From an uncultured Pelagibacteraceae bacterium (GTDB taxonomy: Bacteria; Pseudomonadota; Alphaproteobacteria; Pelagibacterales; AG-422-B15), in NCBI GenBank assembly GCA_902570675.1, contig CACFYZ010000003.1:10066-74065 (forward strand): a DNA stretch of 64,000 bases, read 5' to 3'. Of this stretch, positions 1 through 8,317 are shown in pieces. Each line of letters starts with the position of its first letter. Position 1 is the stretch's first letter. The notes under the pieces were generated by a model. The model worked only from the letters and a program-made list of their open reading frames with translations. It was not told the DNA's origin and did not search any database. Both the position numbers and the translations under genes were made by a program.

Positions 1-100
1 TTCTCCATTTGGCGGCTATAAGGAATCAGGCAATGGCCGTGAAGGTGGTGACATGGGTCTTGAGGATTATCTTGAAACAAAAGCATTACACATTGCTTAA
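1..100 (+). CDS. Aldehyde dehydrogenase, 3' end only (runs off the window)
   Basis: Frame 2 reads [32 protein letters not shown], the typical ALDH C-terminal PFGGxKxSGxGREGG motif; stop at 98-100. Confidence 0.9.
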   Translation, partial: SPFGGYKESGNGREGGDMGLEDYLETKALHIA

Positions 101-125
101 AATTTAATTCAAAACAGTAAGATTT

Positions 126-2066
126 ATGGGAAAATTACTGTGGCAAGCTACAGAACAAAGAAGTAAGCAAGCAAACTTAATCAAATACTATGATTATCTT
201 AAAAAAGATTATTCACTAAACTTTGATTATGATTATGACTCTCTATTCAACTGGAGTATAGCTAAACCTAATTTATTTTGGACAAGTCTCTTAAATTATT
301 TCGACATAAATTTTAGTGGAAATTCAAGTCCTGCTATAAGTGAAGGTGAAAATATTTATGACAAAAAATTTTTTCCAAACGTTAAGCTTAGCTATAGTGA
401 GAATATCATTAATAATTTAAATTCTAGTCCTATTCTCTATATAAATGAAAACGGTTTTAAAAAATATTACATAAAAGAAGAAATTATTAATAAAGTAAAT
501 GTAATTTCAAAATACTTGAGGTCAATCGGTGTAAAAAAAGGAGATAGAATAGTCGGTGTTGTAAGCAATAATGCTGAAACATTAATTTCATTTCTTGCAG
601 TAAATTCAATTGGAGCAATATGGTCTTCTTGTTCTCCAGATTTTGGCGAGCAGGCTATACTAGATAGGTTTAATCAAATAGAGCCAAAAATTTTGTTTTA
701 TTCTAGTAATTATGTTTACGGAGGAAAGAAATTCGAAATTTTAAAAAAAATAAAAAGTATTGAAAGTGTTCTTAATACATTAGAGGAGTCTATATGTATT
801 GATACTTCAGAAAATGATAAAAGTTTTGTTGATAAAAAACTCAATGATTATGAAGAAAACAATAAAGACTTGGCAGATCTCTTCTTTGAAAGATGCAATT
901 TTAATGATCCAATGTATATATTGTACTCTAGTGGCACGACAGGAAAGCCAAAATGCATCCTCCATAATACTGGAGGTCCATTAATTCAGCATTTGAAGGA
1001 ACAGCAGCTTCACGGCGATATTTCTGAAAATGATAAGTTATTCTATTTTACTACATGTGGATGGATGATGTGGAATTGGCTTATTTCTGGTCTCGCCTCC
1101 AAAGCTACAATAGTTCTCTATGAAGGATCTCCTTTCTTTCCAAAGCAGGACTCGCTTTTTAAATTAGCAGAAGAGGAGGGAATTACTTGTTTTGGAACCA
1201 GTGCAAAGTTCATTGATGCGTTAAGAAATAATCAAATTCAAATTTCAAATAATTTTAATCTTACCAAACTGAAAACAATTTTAAGTACAGGATCTCCATT
1301 AGTTAGTGAAAGCTTTGAGTATGTATATAGAAATATAAAGAAAGACGTTCATTTGGCGTCTATCAGCGGAGGTACTGATATTGTCTCATGTTTTGTCGGA
1401 GGTAATCCAACAGGTCCTGTATTTTCAGGGGAGATTCAGTGTGAATGTTTGGGAGTCAATGTTGACATATACAACGAAGAGGGTAACCGAACTCTTCAAA
1501 AAGGAGAATTGGTATGTAAGTCAGCACTTCCTTCAATGCCAATAGGATTTTGGAACGATAGAAATAGAGAAAAATATATAAATTCATATTTTTCAAAATA
1601 TACAAATATTTGGACACAAGGTGATTACGCAACAAAAACAGAAAAAAAAGGTTTCATAATTTATGGACGCTCTGACTCAACTCTTAATCCTGGTGGTATA
1701 AGAATTGGAACTGCAGAAATATACAGAGCTGTTGAGAAACTTGATGAAGTAAATGAGTCAATAGTAGTTGGTCAGGAATGGAATAATGATGTCAGGATTA
1801 TTTTATTTGTAACTCTTAAAGAGAAAATTGATCTGAATGATGAACTTGTATCAAGAATTAAGGAAAATATTAAAAGTTCAACATCAATCAGACATGTACC
1901 CGCTAAGATTATTCATGTTAATGATATTCCTAGAACACGCAGCGGTAAGATCGCTGAGCTGACTGTAAGGGATATTATTAATGGTGAAAAAGTGAAAAAT
2001 ATAGAGGCACTTGCAAATCCAAGTTGTCTGTCAGATTACGAAAATATTGAAGAATTAGATTATTAA
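126..2066 (+). CDS. Acetoacetate--CoA ligase (acetoacetyl-CoA synthetase)
   Basis: AMP-binding motif YSSGTTGKPKC; family motifs WSSCSPDFG, FTTCGWMMWNWL, SISGGTDIVSCF. Confidence 0.9.
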   Translation: MGKLLWQATEQRSKQANLIKYYDYLKKDYSLNFDYDYDSLFNWSIAKPNLFWTSLLNYFDINFSGNSSPAISEGENIYDKKFFPNVKLSYSENIINNLNSSPILYINENGFKKYYIKEEIINKVNVISKYLRSIGVKKGDRIVGVVSNNAETLISFLAVNSIGAIWSSCSPDFGEQAILDRFNQIEPKILFYSSNYVYGGKKFEILKKIKSIESVLNTLEESICIDTSENDKSFVDKKLNDYEENNKDLADLFFERCNFNDPMYILYSSGTTGKPKCILHNTGGPLIQHLKEQQLHGDISENDKLFYFTTCGWMMWNWLISGLASKATIVLYEGSPFFPKQDSLFKLAEEEGITCFGTSAKFIDALRNNQIQISNNFNLTKLKTILSTGSPLVSESFEYVYRNIKKDVHLASISGGTDIVSCFVGGNPTGPVFSGEIQCECLGVNVDIYNEEGNRTLQKGELVCKSALPSMPIGFWNDRNREKYINSYFSKYTNIWTQGDYATKTEKKGFIIYGRSDSTLNPGGIRIGTAEIYRAVEKLDEVNESIVVGQEWNNDVRIILFVTLKEKIDLNDELVSRIKENIKSSTSIRHVPAKIIHVNDIPRTRSGKIAELTVRDIINGEKVKNIEALANPSCLSDYENIEELDY

Positions 2067-2082
2067 TCATATATTTTCAAAT

Positions 2083-3177
2083 ATGAGACTAGACTTTGAC
2101 TCAAACGAATTAAGGGTATTTGATAAAGAGGAAATCTTTAAAATACATCCTTTATGGATACGGGAACGATCAACAGAAAAAGGAGAGGTTGATCAAAATT
2201 CTTTTCAAAGATTGTATGATCCCGAAAAGATTAAGCCAGATTTAAAAATAAAAAATGCTCAATTACTAGCAAATAACAAAATGTACATCGAATTTTCAGA
2301 TAACCACAATGCAACCTATTGTCTAGAAAAGTTGGTAACAGAAATTACAAGATCTAATATTATGCCGCCAAAGATCTACTGGAATAAAAATGATGTTAAG
2401 TTTAAAAAATTTCATTTTGTCGAGGGAGAAAAAGAAAATTGGCAGTTGTTTGAAATTTTAAAATTTTACCATCAGTATGGGTATGTTGTAATTGAAGGTT
2501 TGCCAGCCAAGGATGGAGAAGTGATAAAATTCGCAGAAAAGATTGGTTTTGTGAGAGAAACTAACTTTGGTAAGTTATTTAATGTTAGGTCTGAGAAACA
2601 ACCTAATGATTTAGCTTATACGTCGATTGAATTAGAATCACATACAGATAATCCCTATAGAAAACCAGTGCCATCAATTCAATTTTTATTTTGTATAGAA
2701 AACAGTTGTAAAGGTGGAGATTCTACTGTTGTAGACGGTTTCAAAGTTGCGGAGGATTTAAAAAAAGAAAATCCTAAAGCTTTTAACATTCTAAAAAACA
2801 CTTTGATAAACTATAAATTTGAGGATAACGACGCTATTTTAGAAAAGACTGGAAAAATTATAAAATTAAGTGCCAGAGGCGAACTAAAACAAATAAAATA
2901 TAGCAATCGGTTAGACTTTGTATTTTATGATGAGCCGCATGTTCTTGAAGAATTTTATGCTGCGAAAAGAGTTATGCATCAAATGATTAATTCTGATAAA
3001 TATATATTACAATTTCATTTAGAGCCTGGTAATCTATTAATTATGAATAATTATAGAACTTTGCATGGAAGACGAAGCTATAGCACTTCTGAAGGAAGTC
3101 GATGGCTTCAAGGTTTATATATTGATCATGATTCAGCTGAAAGTAAATACAAACTCCTCGCTAAAGAAGTTAAATGA
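2083..3177 (+). CDS. Fe(II)/2-oxoglutarate dioxygenase, TauD/gamma-butyrobetaine dioxygenase (BBOX)/TmpA-like
   Basis: HTD...H facial triad (HTDNPYR, NYRTLHGR), RWLQGLY end, BBOX-like N-terminal domain. Confidence 0.85.
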   Translation: MRLDFDSNELRVFDKEEIFKIHPLWIRERSTEKGEVDQNSFQRLYDPEKIKPDLKIKNAQLLANNKMYIEFSDNHNATYCLEKLVTEITRSNIMPPKIYWNKNDVKFKKFHFVEGEKENWQLFEILKFYHQYGYVVIEGLPAKDGEVIKFAEKIGFVRETNFGKLFNVRSEKQPNDLAYTSIELESHTDNPYRKPVPSIQFLFCIENSCKGGDSTVVDGFKVAEDLKKENPKAFNILKNTLINYKFEDNDAILEKTGKIIKLSARGELKQIKYSNRLDFVFYDEPHVLEEFYAAKRVMHQMINSDKYILQFHLEPGNLLIMNNYRTLHGRRSYSTSEGSRWLQGLYIDHDSAESKYKLLAKEVK

Positions 3178-3725
3178 AGACAGTCAAGTTTACTCAGATG
3201 AAAGATGGGTCAAGAGAAGATTATGAACTATTGGCTGAATATGAAAAAAGCTATGTACATGAACTCCCTGATCGAATCTTGAACTCATTAAAAAACTTAG
3301 ACAATTCAGTGGATGGTTATCAAGTTACAAGACTTGAGCATTCTCTTCAGTCAGCAACTAGAGCGGAAAAAGATGGTGCAGATGAGGAAATGATTGTTGC
3401 AACACTATTACACGATATTGGAGATTCTTTGGCCCCTTATAATCACAGTCAATTAATAGCAGCAGTTTTGAGGCCTTATGTTTCAGAAAAGATCCATTGG
3501 ATCATGCTACATCACGGTCTTTTTCAAGAATATTACTATGCACATCATTTAGGTAAAGATAGGAATTCACGTGATAAATTTAGAGACCACCCTTACTACC
3601 AAGATGCGGTTGATTTTTGCGAGAAGTGGGATCAAAAGTCGTTTGACCCTGATTATGAGTCGTTTCCATTAGAACATTTCGAACCTATGGTGAGAAGATT
3701 ATTCTCTAAAGAACCAAATTTTTAA
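3174..3725 (+). CDS. HD-domain metalloprotein, PhnZ/MIOX-like putative diiron oxygenase
   Basis: RLEHSLQSA...LLHDIGD...NH...HH...WD ligand pattern; ATGA overlap with the upstream dioxygenase. Confidence 0.8.
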   Translation: MKTVKFTQMKDGSREDYELLAEYEKSYVHELPDRILNSLKNLDNSVDGYQVTRLEHSLQSATRAEKDGADEEMIVATLLHDIGDSLAPYNHSQLIAAVLRPYVSEKIHWIMLHHGLFQEYYYAHHLGKDRNSRDKFRDHPYYQDAVDFCEKWDQKSFDPDYESFPLEHFEPMVRRLFSKEPNF

Positions 3726-4849
3726 GCTATTTTTTTTATGATAACATTCCCGACTGAATAACCGGCTCCAAACGAACAAATGATTGCCAAATCGTTTATA
3801 TTTAATGAGTGATTATATTTGTGAAAGGCAATGATAGAGCCAGCAGAGCTAGTATTTGCATATTCGTCTAGAACAACGGGAGCTAATTCTTTAGGAGCAT
3901 CTTTTCCTAGAATGTATTTTGAAATCAAAATATTCATATTCTCATTCGCCTGATGAAGATACATACATTTTAAATCATTTGCTGATAAATTATTATCTTG
4001 CAAATGAGATTTAATTAAATTTGAAACTTCTGGGACTACCTCTTTAAAAACTTTTCTTCCATTTTGATGGAATAATTTGTCTGGTTTACCAACACCAATA
4101 GGAGATGAATTATTCAAGAAACCATAGTTGTTTCTTATATTATTTGAAAACTTGGTTAATAATCTTGTACCAATTATTTCATAAGAATTTTCCTTAATAT
4201 TATTTTCGTCAAGACGTTCAATAATCACTGCAGTTGCAACATCACCAAAAATGAAATGACAGTCCCGGTCTTTAAAATTTAAATGTCCTGTGCATATTTC
4301 AGGATTTATCATTATCGCTGATTTTATACTTCCTGTTTTGACCATATCAAAAATAGTTTGAATACCAAAAGTAGCTGATGAGCATGCAACATTCATATCA
4401 AAAGCAAAACCCTCTATGCCTAATGCGTTTTGTATTTCAATGGCAATTGCTGGATAAGCGCGTTCAAGATTTGAACAAGCAACAATTACTGCATCAATAT
4501 CTTTTGCATTAATATTTGCATTTTTTATTGCATCTTGAGCAGCTATGACTCCCATTTCTGCTAAATTTGATAATTCTTCTTCAGACCTCTCTCTTAAGTT
4601 TGGTCTCATAAAAGAGGTATCTAGAATGCCAGACTTATTTTGTACATACCTCGATTTAACACCTGATGCCTTTTCAATAAAATCAGCACTGGATTTTTCT
4701 AAAGGTTGAATTTTACCAGTATCTATATCATTTGAATTTATTTTATTAAATTCATCAACATACTTGTTATATGACTCAACTAATTCCTCATTTGATATTT
4801 TTTCTTTGGGAGTGTAGAGACCAGTTCCAGATATTTGAGCTTTATACAT
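3722..4849 (-). CDS. Beta-ketoacyl-ACP synthase III (FabH-like, long type)
   Basis: Catalytic triad in NVACSS, HQAN and ANTSSAG; GAGYSVG at the C-terminus. Confidence 0.88.
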   Translation of the reverse strand: MYKAQISGTGLYTPKEKISNEELVESYNKYVDEFNKINSNDIDTGKIQPLEKSSADFIEKASGVKSRYVQNKSGILDTSFMRPNLRERSEEELSNLAEMGVIAAQDAIKNANINAKDIDAVIVACSNLERAYPAIAIEIQNALGIEGFAFDMNVACSSATFGIQTIFDMVKTGSIKSAIMINPEICTGHLNFKDRDCHFIFGDVATAVIIERLDENNIKENSYEIIGTRLLTKFSNNIRNNYGFLNNSSPIGVGKPDKLFHQNGRKVFKEVVPEVSNLIKSHLQDNNLSANDLKCMYLHQANENMNILISKYILGKDAPKELAPVVLDEYANTSSAGSIIAFHKYNHSLNINDLAIICSFGAGYSVGNVIIKKIA

Positions 4850-4920
4850 ATTCTGAAATTATAAAATCTAAGTGGGTGTTTTAACCAATTAACTTTTTTT
4901 TCTAATTGTTACAAATCACA

Positions 4921-4950
4921 GAAAACTGACCCTTTGGAAGGGTCAGTTTC
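4921..4950 (-). terminator. Intrinsic terminator hairpin downstream of the small lipoprotein gene
   Basis: AAACTGACCCTT-TGG-AAGGGTCAGTTT, a perfect 12-bp stem a few bases after the stop at 4957. Confidence 0.75.
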
Positions 4951-4956
4951 TAATAT

Positions 4957-5073
4957 TTATATTCCTGGAATATAAGGAACACCATCACCTTTTACGGTTT
5001 CATTAATGCTTTGTAGTGTAGTACACGCTGAAATCATAAAACTGAAGGCTAAAACTGTAAGAGTAGTACGCAT
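4957..5073 (-). CDS. 38-aa small lipoprotein, not in the ORF track
   Basis: MRTTLTVLAFSFMISAC-TTLQSINETVKGDGVPYIPGI*; GGAG RBS 7 nt upstream, lipobox ISAC, dedicated hairpin. Confidence 0.75.
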   Translation of the reverse strand: MRTTLTVLAFSFMISACTTLQSINETVKGDGVPYIPGI

Positions 5074-5144
5074 GCTGTTTCTCCAATTAATTTATAAACA
5101 CTATATTTAATTAAGTGCCAATTACAATTAATATGTTGAGAATC

Positions 5145-5393
5145 ATGAAATTCTATGTGTATATTATTGGAACAATCAACCCTAGAGCCAGAACATATGT
5201 TGGTTGGAGTAACGACGTTAATAAAAGAATTAAGGCTCATAATACTTCGAGAGGTGCAAAATATACAAGAGGAAGTAAGTGGAAACTTCTATACAAGGAG
5301 ACTTTGAATTCAAAATCTGAGGCGATGAAAAGGGAATCAGTTTTGAAAAAAGATCGAAAGTTCAGAACTCAACTCCGAACAAAACTAATTTAA
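5145..5393 (+). CDS. GIY-YIG nuclease family protein (UPF0213/YhbQ-like)
   Basis: FYVYII...TYVGWSNDV.KR..AHN..RGAKYTRG, EAMKRE; likely ATG at 5145 rather than 5115. Confidence 0.85.
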   Translation: MKFYVYIIGTINPRARTYVGWSNDVNKRIKAHNTSRGAKYTRGSKWKLLYKETLNSKSEAMKRESVLKKDRKFRTQLRTKLI

Positions 5394-5807
5394 TGTTCCG
5401 TATTCACTTCTTCCCTTTTTCCTAAAACCATACGGTCCAGCAATATAAATTGTAATAGGTTTAATCCCTGGTTCTAAATCTACACGATGCAAATTATCAG
5501 CACTTCGAAAACCAATATAAAATCTTCCTCTCCAAATTTTTTCTTTTTTAACATTAGTTTCCCAATAACCACCACTTAAAATTATAGTGATATAAGGAAA
5601 AGGATGATTATGTAATCCCACACCGTGATCATTATCTAATATGTGGTGAAGAAGAATATTAAAAGGAAACCATTTAGGCCTTTTTCTAAAAAGTAAGTAA
5701 TATCGTGCGGTCCACGGTTTAGCCAGGTGATATTCAGAGTGAGATGGACCTCGATCCATCACGACTTTTTTTCGCCCTAATTTTTCTAGTATCTTAAGAA
5801 AAAGCAT
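5385..5807 (-). CDS. Hypothetical cupin-like protein
   Basis: LHNHPFPYITIILSGGYWE...LHRVDL cupin-like His motifs; start moved to ATG 5807 because 5858 lies inside tRNA-Arg. Confidence 0.65.
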   Translation of the reverse strand: MLFLKILEKLGRKKVVMDRGPSHSEYHLAKPWTARYYLLFRKRPKWFPFNILLHHILDNDHGVGLHNHPFPYITIILSGGYWETNVKKEKIWRGRFYIGFRSADNLHRVDLEPGIKPITIYIAGPYGFRKKGRSEYGTLN

Positions 5808-5830
5808 GATACGTGAAATATAGTATAGAT

Positions 5831-5907
5831 GCGTCCGTAGCTCAACTGGATAGAGCATCAGACTTCGGATCTGAGGGTTGAGGGTTCGAATCCTTCCGGG
5901 CGCACCA
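5831..5907 (+). tRNA. tRNA-Arg (anticodon UCG)
   Basis: GCGTCCG/CGGGCGC acceptor stem, anticodon arm TCAGA-CTTCGGA-TCTGA, GTTCGAATC T-loop, encoded CCA. Confidence 0.93.
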
Positions 5908-5918
5908 AAAAAAATGTT

Positions 5919-6518
5919 ATGAAAATATACAAGCCATTTGGACCAACAATAGGAAAAACAAAGCTATCATCAAGAATTGTTGATAGTTTAAATAAGTTTT
6001 CCGAAAGCGTCGCTAGAAATAAAAAACTTTCCAAAAAGTATGATTATGACCATCAACTCATAGGTAGTATGAAGCAGCAATTTAGGATACCAACTAAAGT
6101 TCTGAAAACAGGAATTGAAAGACAAATAATTAATTCTATAAAAGATTATTATAAAAAAACTTTAAATATCAAAGTTAAAAAAATTAAAATCGAAAAAGCC
6201 TGGATTGTAAGTCAATACGCAGGTGATTTTAATCCACCTCATTTACATAGAGGAAATATAAGTGGAGTTGGCTACTTAAAGATTCCTTCATCTATTAAAT
6301 TAAATAAAGAAAAAGATTTAGCGGGTTTGATTTCTTTTTTTGATGGACGTGTTTCTATGCCGAGAAATAGTCCGCCACTCGTTAAACACCGTGAAACATT
6401 TAAGCCAAAAACTGGAGATTTATACATTTTTCCATCTTTTTTGATGCATGACGTTCATCCGTTTAGAGGAGATGGTGAAAGAAGATGTTTTTCTTTTAAT
6501 GCCTTTGTCGATGCCTAA
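5919..6518 (+). CDS. Putative 2OG-Fe(II) oxygenase (TIGR02466-like)
   Basis: FNPPHLH..ISGVGYL.IP and LYIFPSFLMHDVHPF.GDGERRCFSFN motifs. Confidence 0.75.
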   Translation: MKIYKPFGPTIGKTKLSSRIVDSLNKFSESVARNKKLSKKYDYDHQLIGSMKQQFRIPTKVLKTGIERQIINSIKDYYKKTLNIKVKKIKIEKAWIVSQYAGDFNPPHLHRGNISGVGYLKIPSSIKLNKEKDLAGLISFFDGRVSMPRNSPPLVKHRETFKPKTGDLYIFPSFLMHDVHPFRGDGERRCFSFNAFVDA

Positions 6519-7152
6519 GTATTTTCTTATTGAAATTCTTAAATTCTCTATAAATTAATTCTTTTGATAAAGCACCTTCTCGAATAATTTTTACTTGTTT
6601 ATTTTTCGTTTCTACTAAAGTTGACTCTTTAAAGCTCATATTTCCTTCACTCTCAATTGCGAAAGCAACATCATATGAATTAATAATCATTAACTTACGG
6701 AGAGATCTTGTATTTTTTTCACCATGAATATTTGCACTTGTTGTTGCTAATGGTCTTTTAATACATTTTATTATTTTTATAACTTCTTTGTTCTTTGGTA
6801 TCCGTATACCTATCTTTGATAATCTTTTGTCACCATTATATATATTTCTTACTTTTTTTCTTAAAACGAGTGTTAACGGTCCTGGCCAATATTTAGAAGC
6901 AAGGTACTCTTCAAAAGGTGAAAAAGTAGCTAGTTTTTTAGCTTCAGTAATTGAGTCAGTAAATAAAATTAGAGGGAATTTTTTAGGCCTTTTTTTTATT
7001 TTAAATATGTTTTCAACACCATGAAGACTTTTCGCGTTCGCTGCAATACCGTAAACTGTATCTGTTGGTATAACTATCGTCTTACCAGCTAGTAGACTTC
7101 TTGCTATAATTTTAATATTATTTGGGTTAAGTTTTATTATTTTTGATTTCAT
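6496..7152 (-). CDS. tsaC: L-threonylcarbamoyladenylate synthase (TsaC/YrdC/Sua5)
   Basis: PTDTVYG, KKRP, YWPGPLTLVL, TTSAN motifs. Confidence 0.9.
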   Translation of the reverse strand: MKSKIIKLNPNNIKIIARSLLAGKTIVIPTDTVYGIAANAKSLHGVENIFKIKKRPKKFPLILFTDSITEAKKLATFSPFEEYLASKYWPGPLTLVLRKKVRNIYNGDKRLSKIGIRIPKNKEVIKIIKCIKRPLATTSANIHGEKNTRSLRKLMIINSYDVAFAIESEGNMSFKESTLVETKNKQVKIIREGALSKELIYREFKNFNKKILRHRQRH

Positions 7153-7155
7153 TTA

Positions 7156-8100
7156 ATGACACAGACAGCAATATATTTTGACAATAGTTTTAAAGATCAT
7201 GTATCTACTCTTGATTATCCAGAAAGATCTGATCGGATAAAAAATATCATTGATTTGATAAATAAAGAAGAATTTAAAAATTTATCAATCTTAAAACCTG
7301 ATCAGGTTGATTACTCATATATTTATGCTGCACATGATAAAGAATTTGTTGATGATACGCTTAACCGATTCCCTAAAGACGAGAAAATTGTTTTTCTTGA
7401 TCAAGAAACACCCGTATCTGTTGGTTCATTTGATGCAACATTAAGAGCAGCAGGGGCTGGCATTAATGCAGCTGATAATATTATTAATGGAAACTTTACT
7501 AACGCATTTTGTATTGTAAGGCCTCCTGGCCATCATGCATGTTATGATCGTTCTATGGGTTTTTGTGTTTTTAATAATGTTGCTATTGCTGCTGAATACT
7601 TAATAAGTAAGTATGGCTTAGAAAATATTGCTATTATTGATTTTGATGTTCACCATGGGAATGGTACACAGGATATTTTCTACAAAAATTCAAAAGTTCA
7701 CTATTACTCAACGCACCAGTACCCTTTGTATCCGGGAACGGGTGATATAAATGAGACAGGTATGGGGAATATTGTTAACGTGCCCCTAAAAGCAGGTACA
7801 AATTCATCTCAATATCATTTAGCATTTGATGAAATAGTTGTAAAAAAACTTCATGATCAAAAACCAGATTTTCTTATTATATCTGCTGGCTTTGATGCTC
7901 ATGAAAAAGATCCTCTTGCATCACTAAATCTTGTTGAAAATGATTTTAAATTGATTACACAAAAGTTGATGAGCATTGCATATCAATACTGTGATAATCG
8001 AATTATTTCTATGCTTGAAGGTGGATATGATATACAAGCATTAGAACGCTCAATGATTGCACATATAAGAGAATTACAAAATAATGACACAAATTCCTGA
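7156..8100 (+). CDS. Histone deacetylase family amidohydrolase
   Basis: RPPGHHA, GFCVFNNVA, DFDVHHGNGTQ, SAGFDAH, LEGGY. Confidence 0.92.
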   Translation: MTQTAIYFDNSFKDHVSTLDYPERSDRIKNIIDLINKEEFKNLSILKPDQVDYSYIYAAHDKEFVDDTLNRFPKDEKIVFLDQETPVSVGSFDATLRAAGAGINAADNIINGNFTNAFCIVRPPGHHACYDRSMGFCVFNNVAIAAEYLISKYGLENIAIIDFDVHHGNGTQDIFYKNSKVHYYSTHQYPLYPGTGDINETGMGNIVNVPLKAGTNSSQYHLAFDEIVVKKLHDQKPDFLIISAGFDAHEKDPLASLNLVENDFKLITQKLMSIAYQYCDNRIISMLEGGYDIQALERSMIAHIRELQNNDTNS

Positions 8101-8317
8101 AGATATAAAAAAGCTATCTTTTGAAAAAGCAATGGAAGAACTCTCTGATATAGTTGATAATTTAGAGAGTGGAAATATAGATTTGGAAAAGTCCATTGAA
8201 AATTATACTCGTGGATCTCAACTTAGAGCGCATTGCCAGAAAAAATTAGATGACGCAGTTCTAAAGCTTGAAGAAATAAAAATATTGCCTGATGGTAAAG
8301 TATCAAAAAAAAAGTGA
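8084..8317 (+). CDS. xseB: Exodeoxyribonuclease VII small subunit
   Basis: SFEKAMEEL..IV..LESG.IDLE.SI..Y.RG; upstream of ispA. Confidence 0.92.
   Translation: MTQIPEDIKKLSFEKAMEELSDIVDNLESGNIDLEKSIENYTRGSQLRAHCQKKLDDAVLKLEEIKILPDGKVSKKK

Noticed and set aside
5049-5240. 63-aa minus-strand ORF
   Set aside because: Antisense shadow of the GIY-YIG gene that overlaps the better-supported lipoprotein start in another frame; no motifs.
5145-5393. GIY-YIG gene as a homing endonuclease or mobile element
   Set aside because: It is the short stand-alone UPF0213 type with no DNA-binding tail, intron or flanking repeats.
5808-5858. N-terminal extension of the 5385..5858 ORF
   Set aside because: Runs antisense into tRNA-Arg; ATG 5807 is more plausible.
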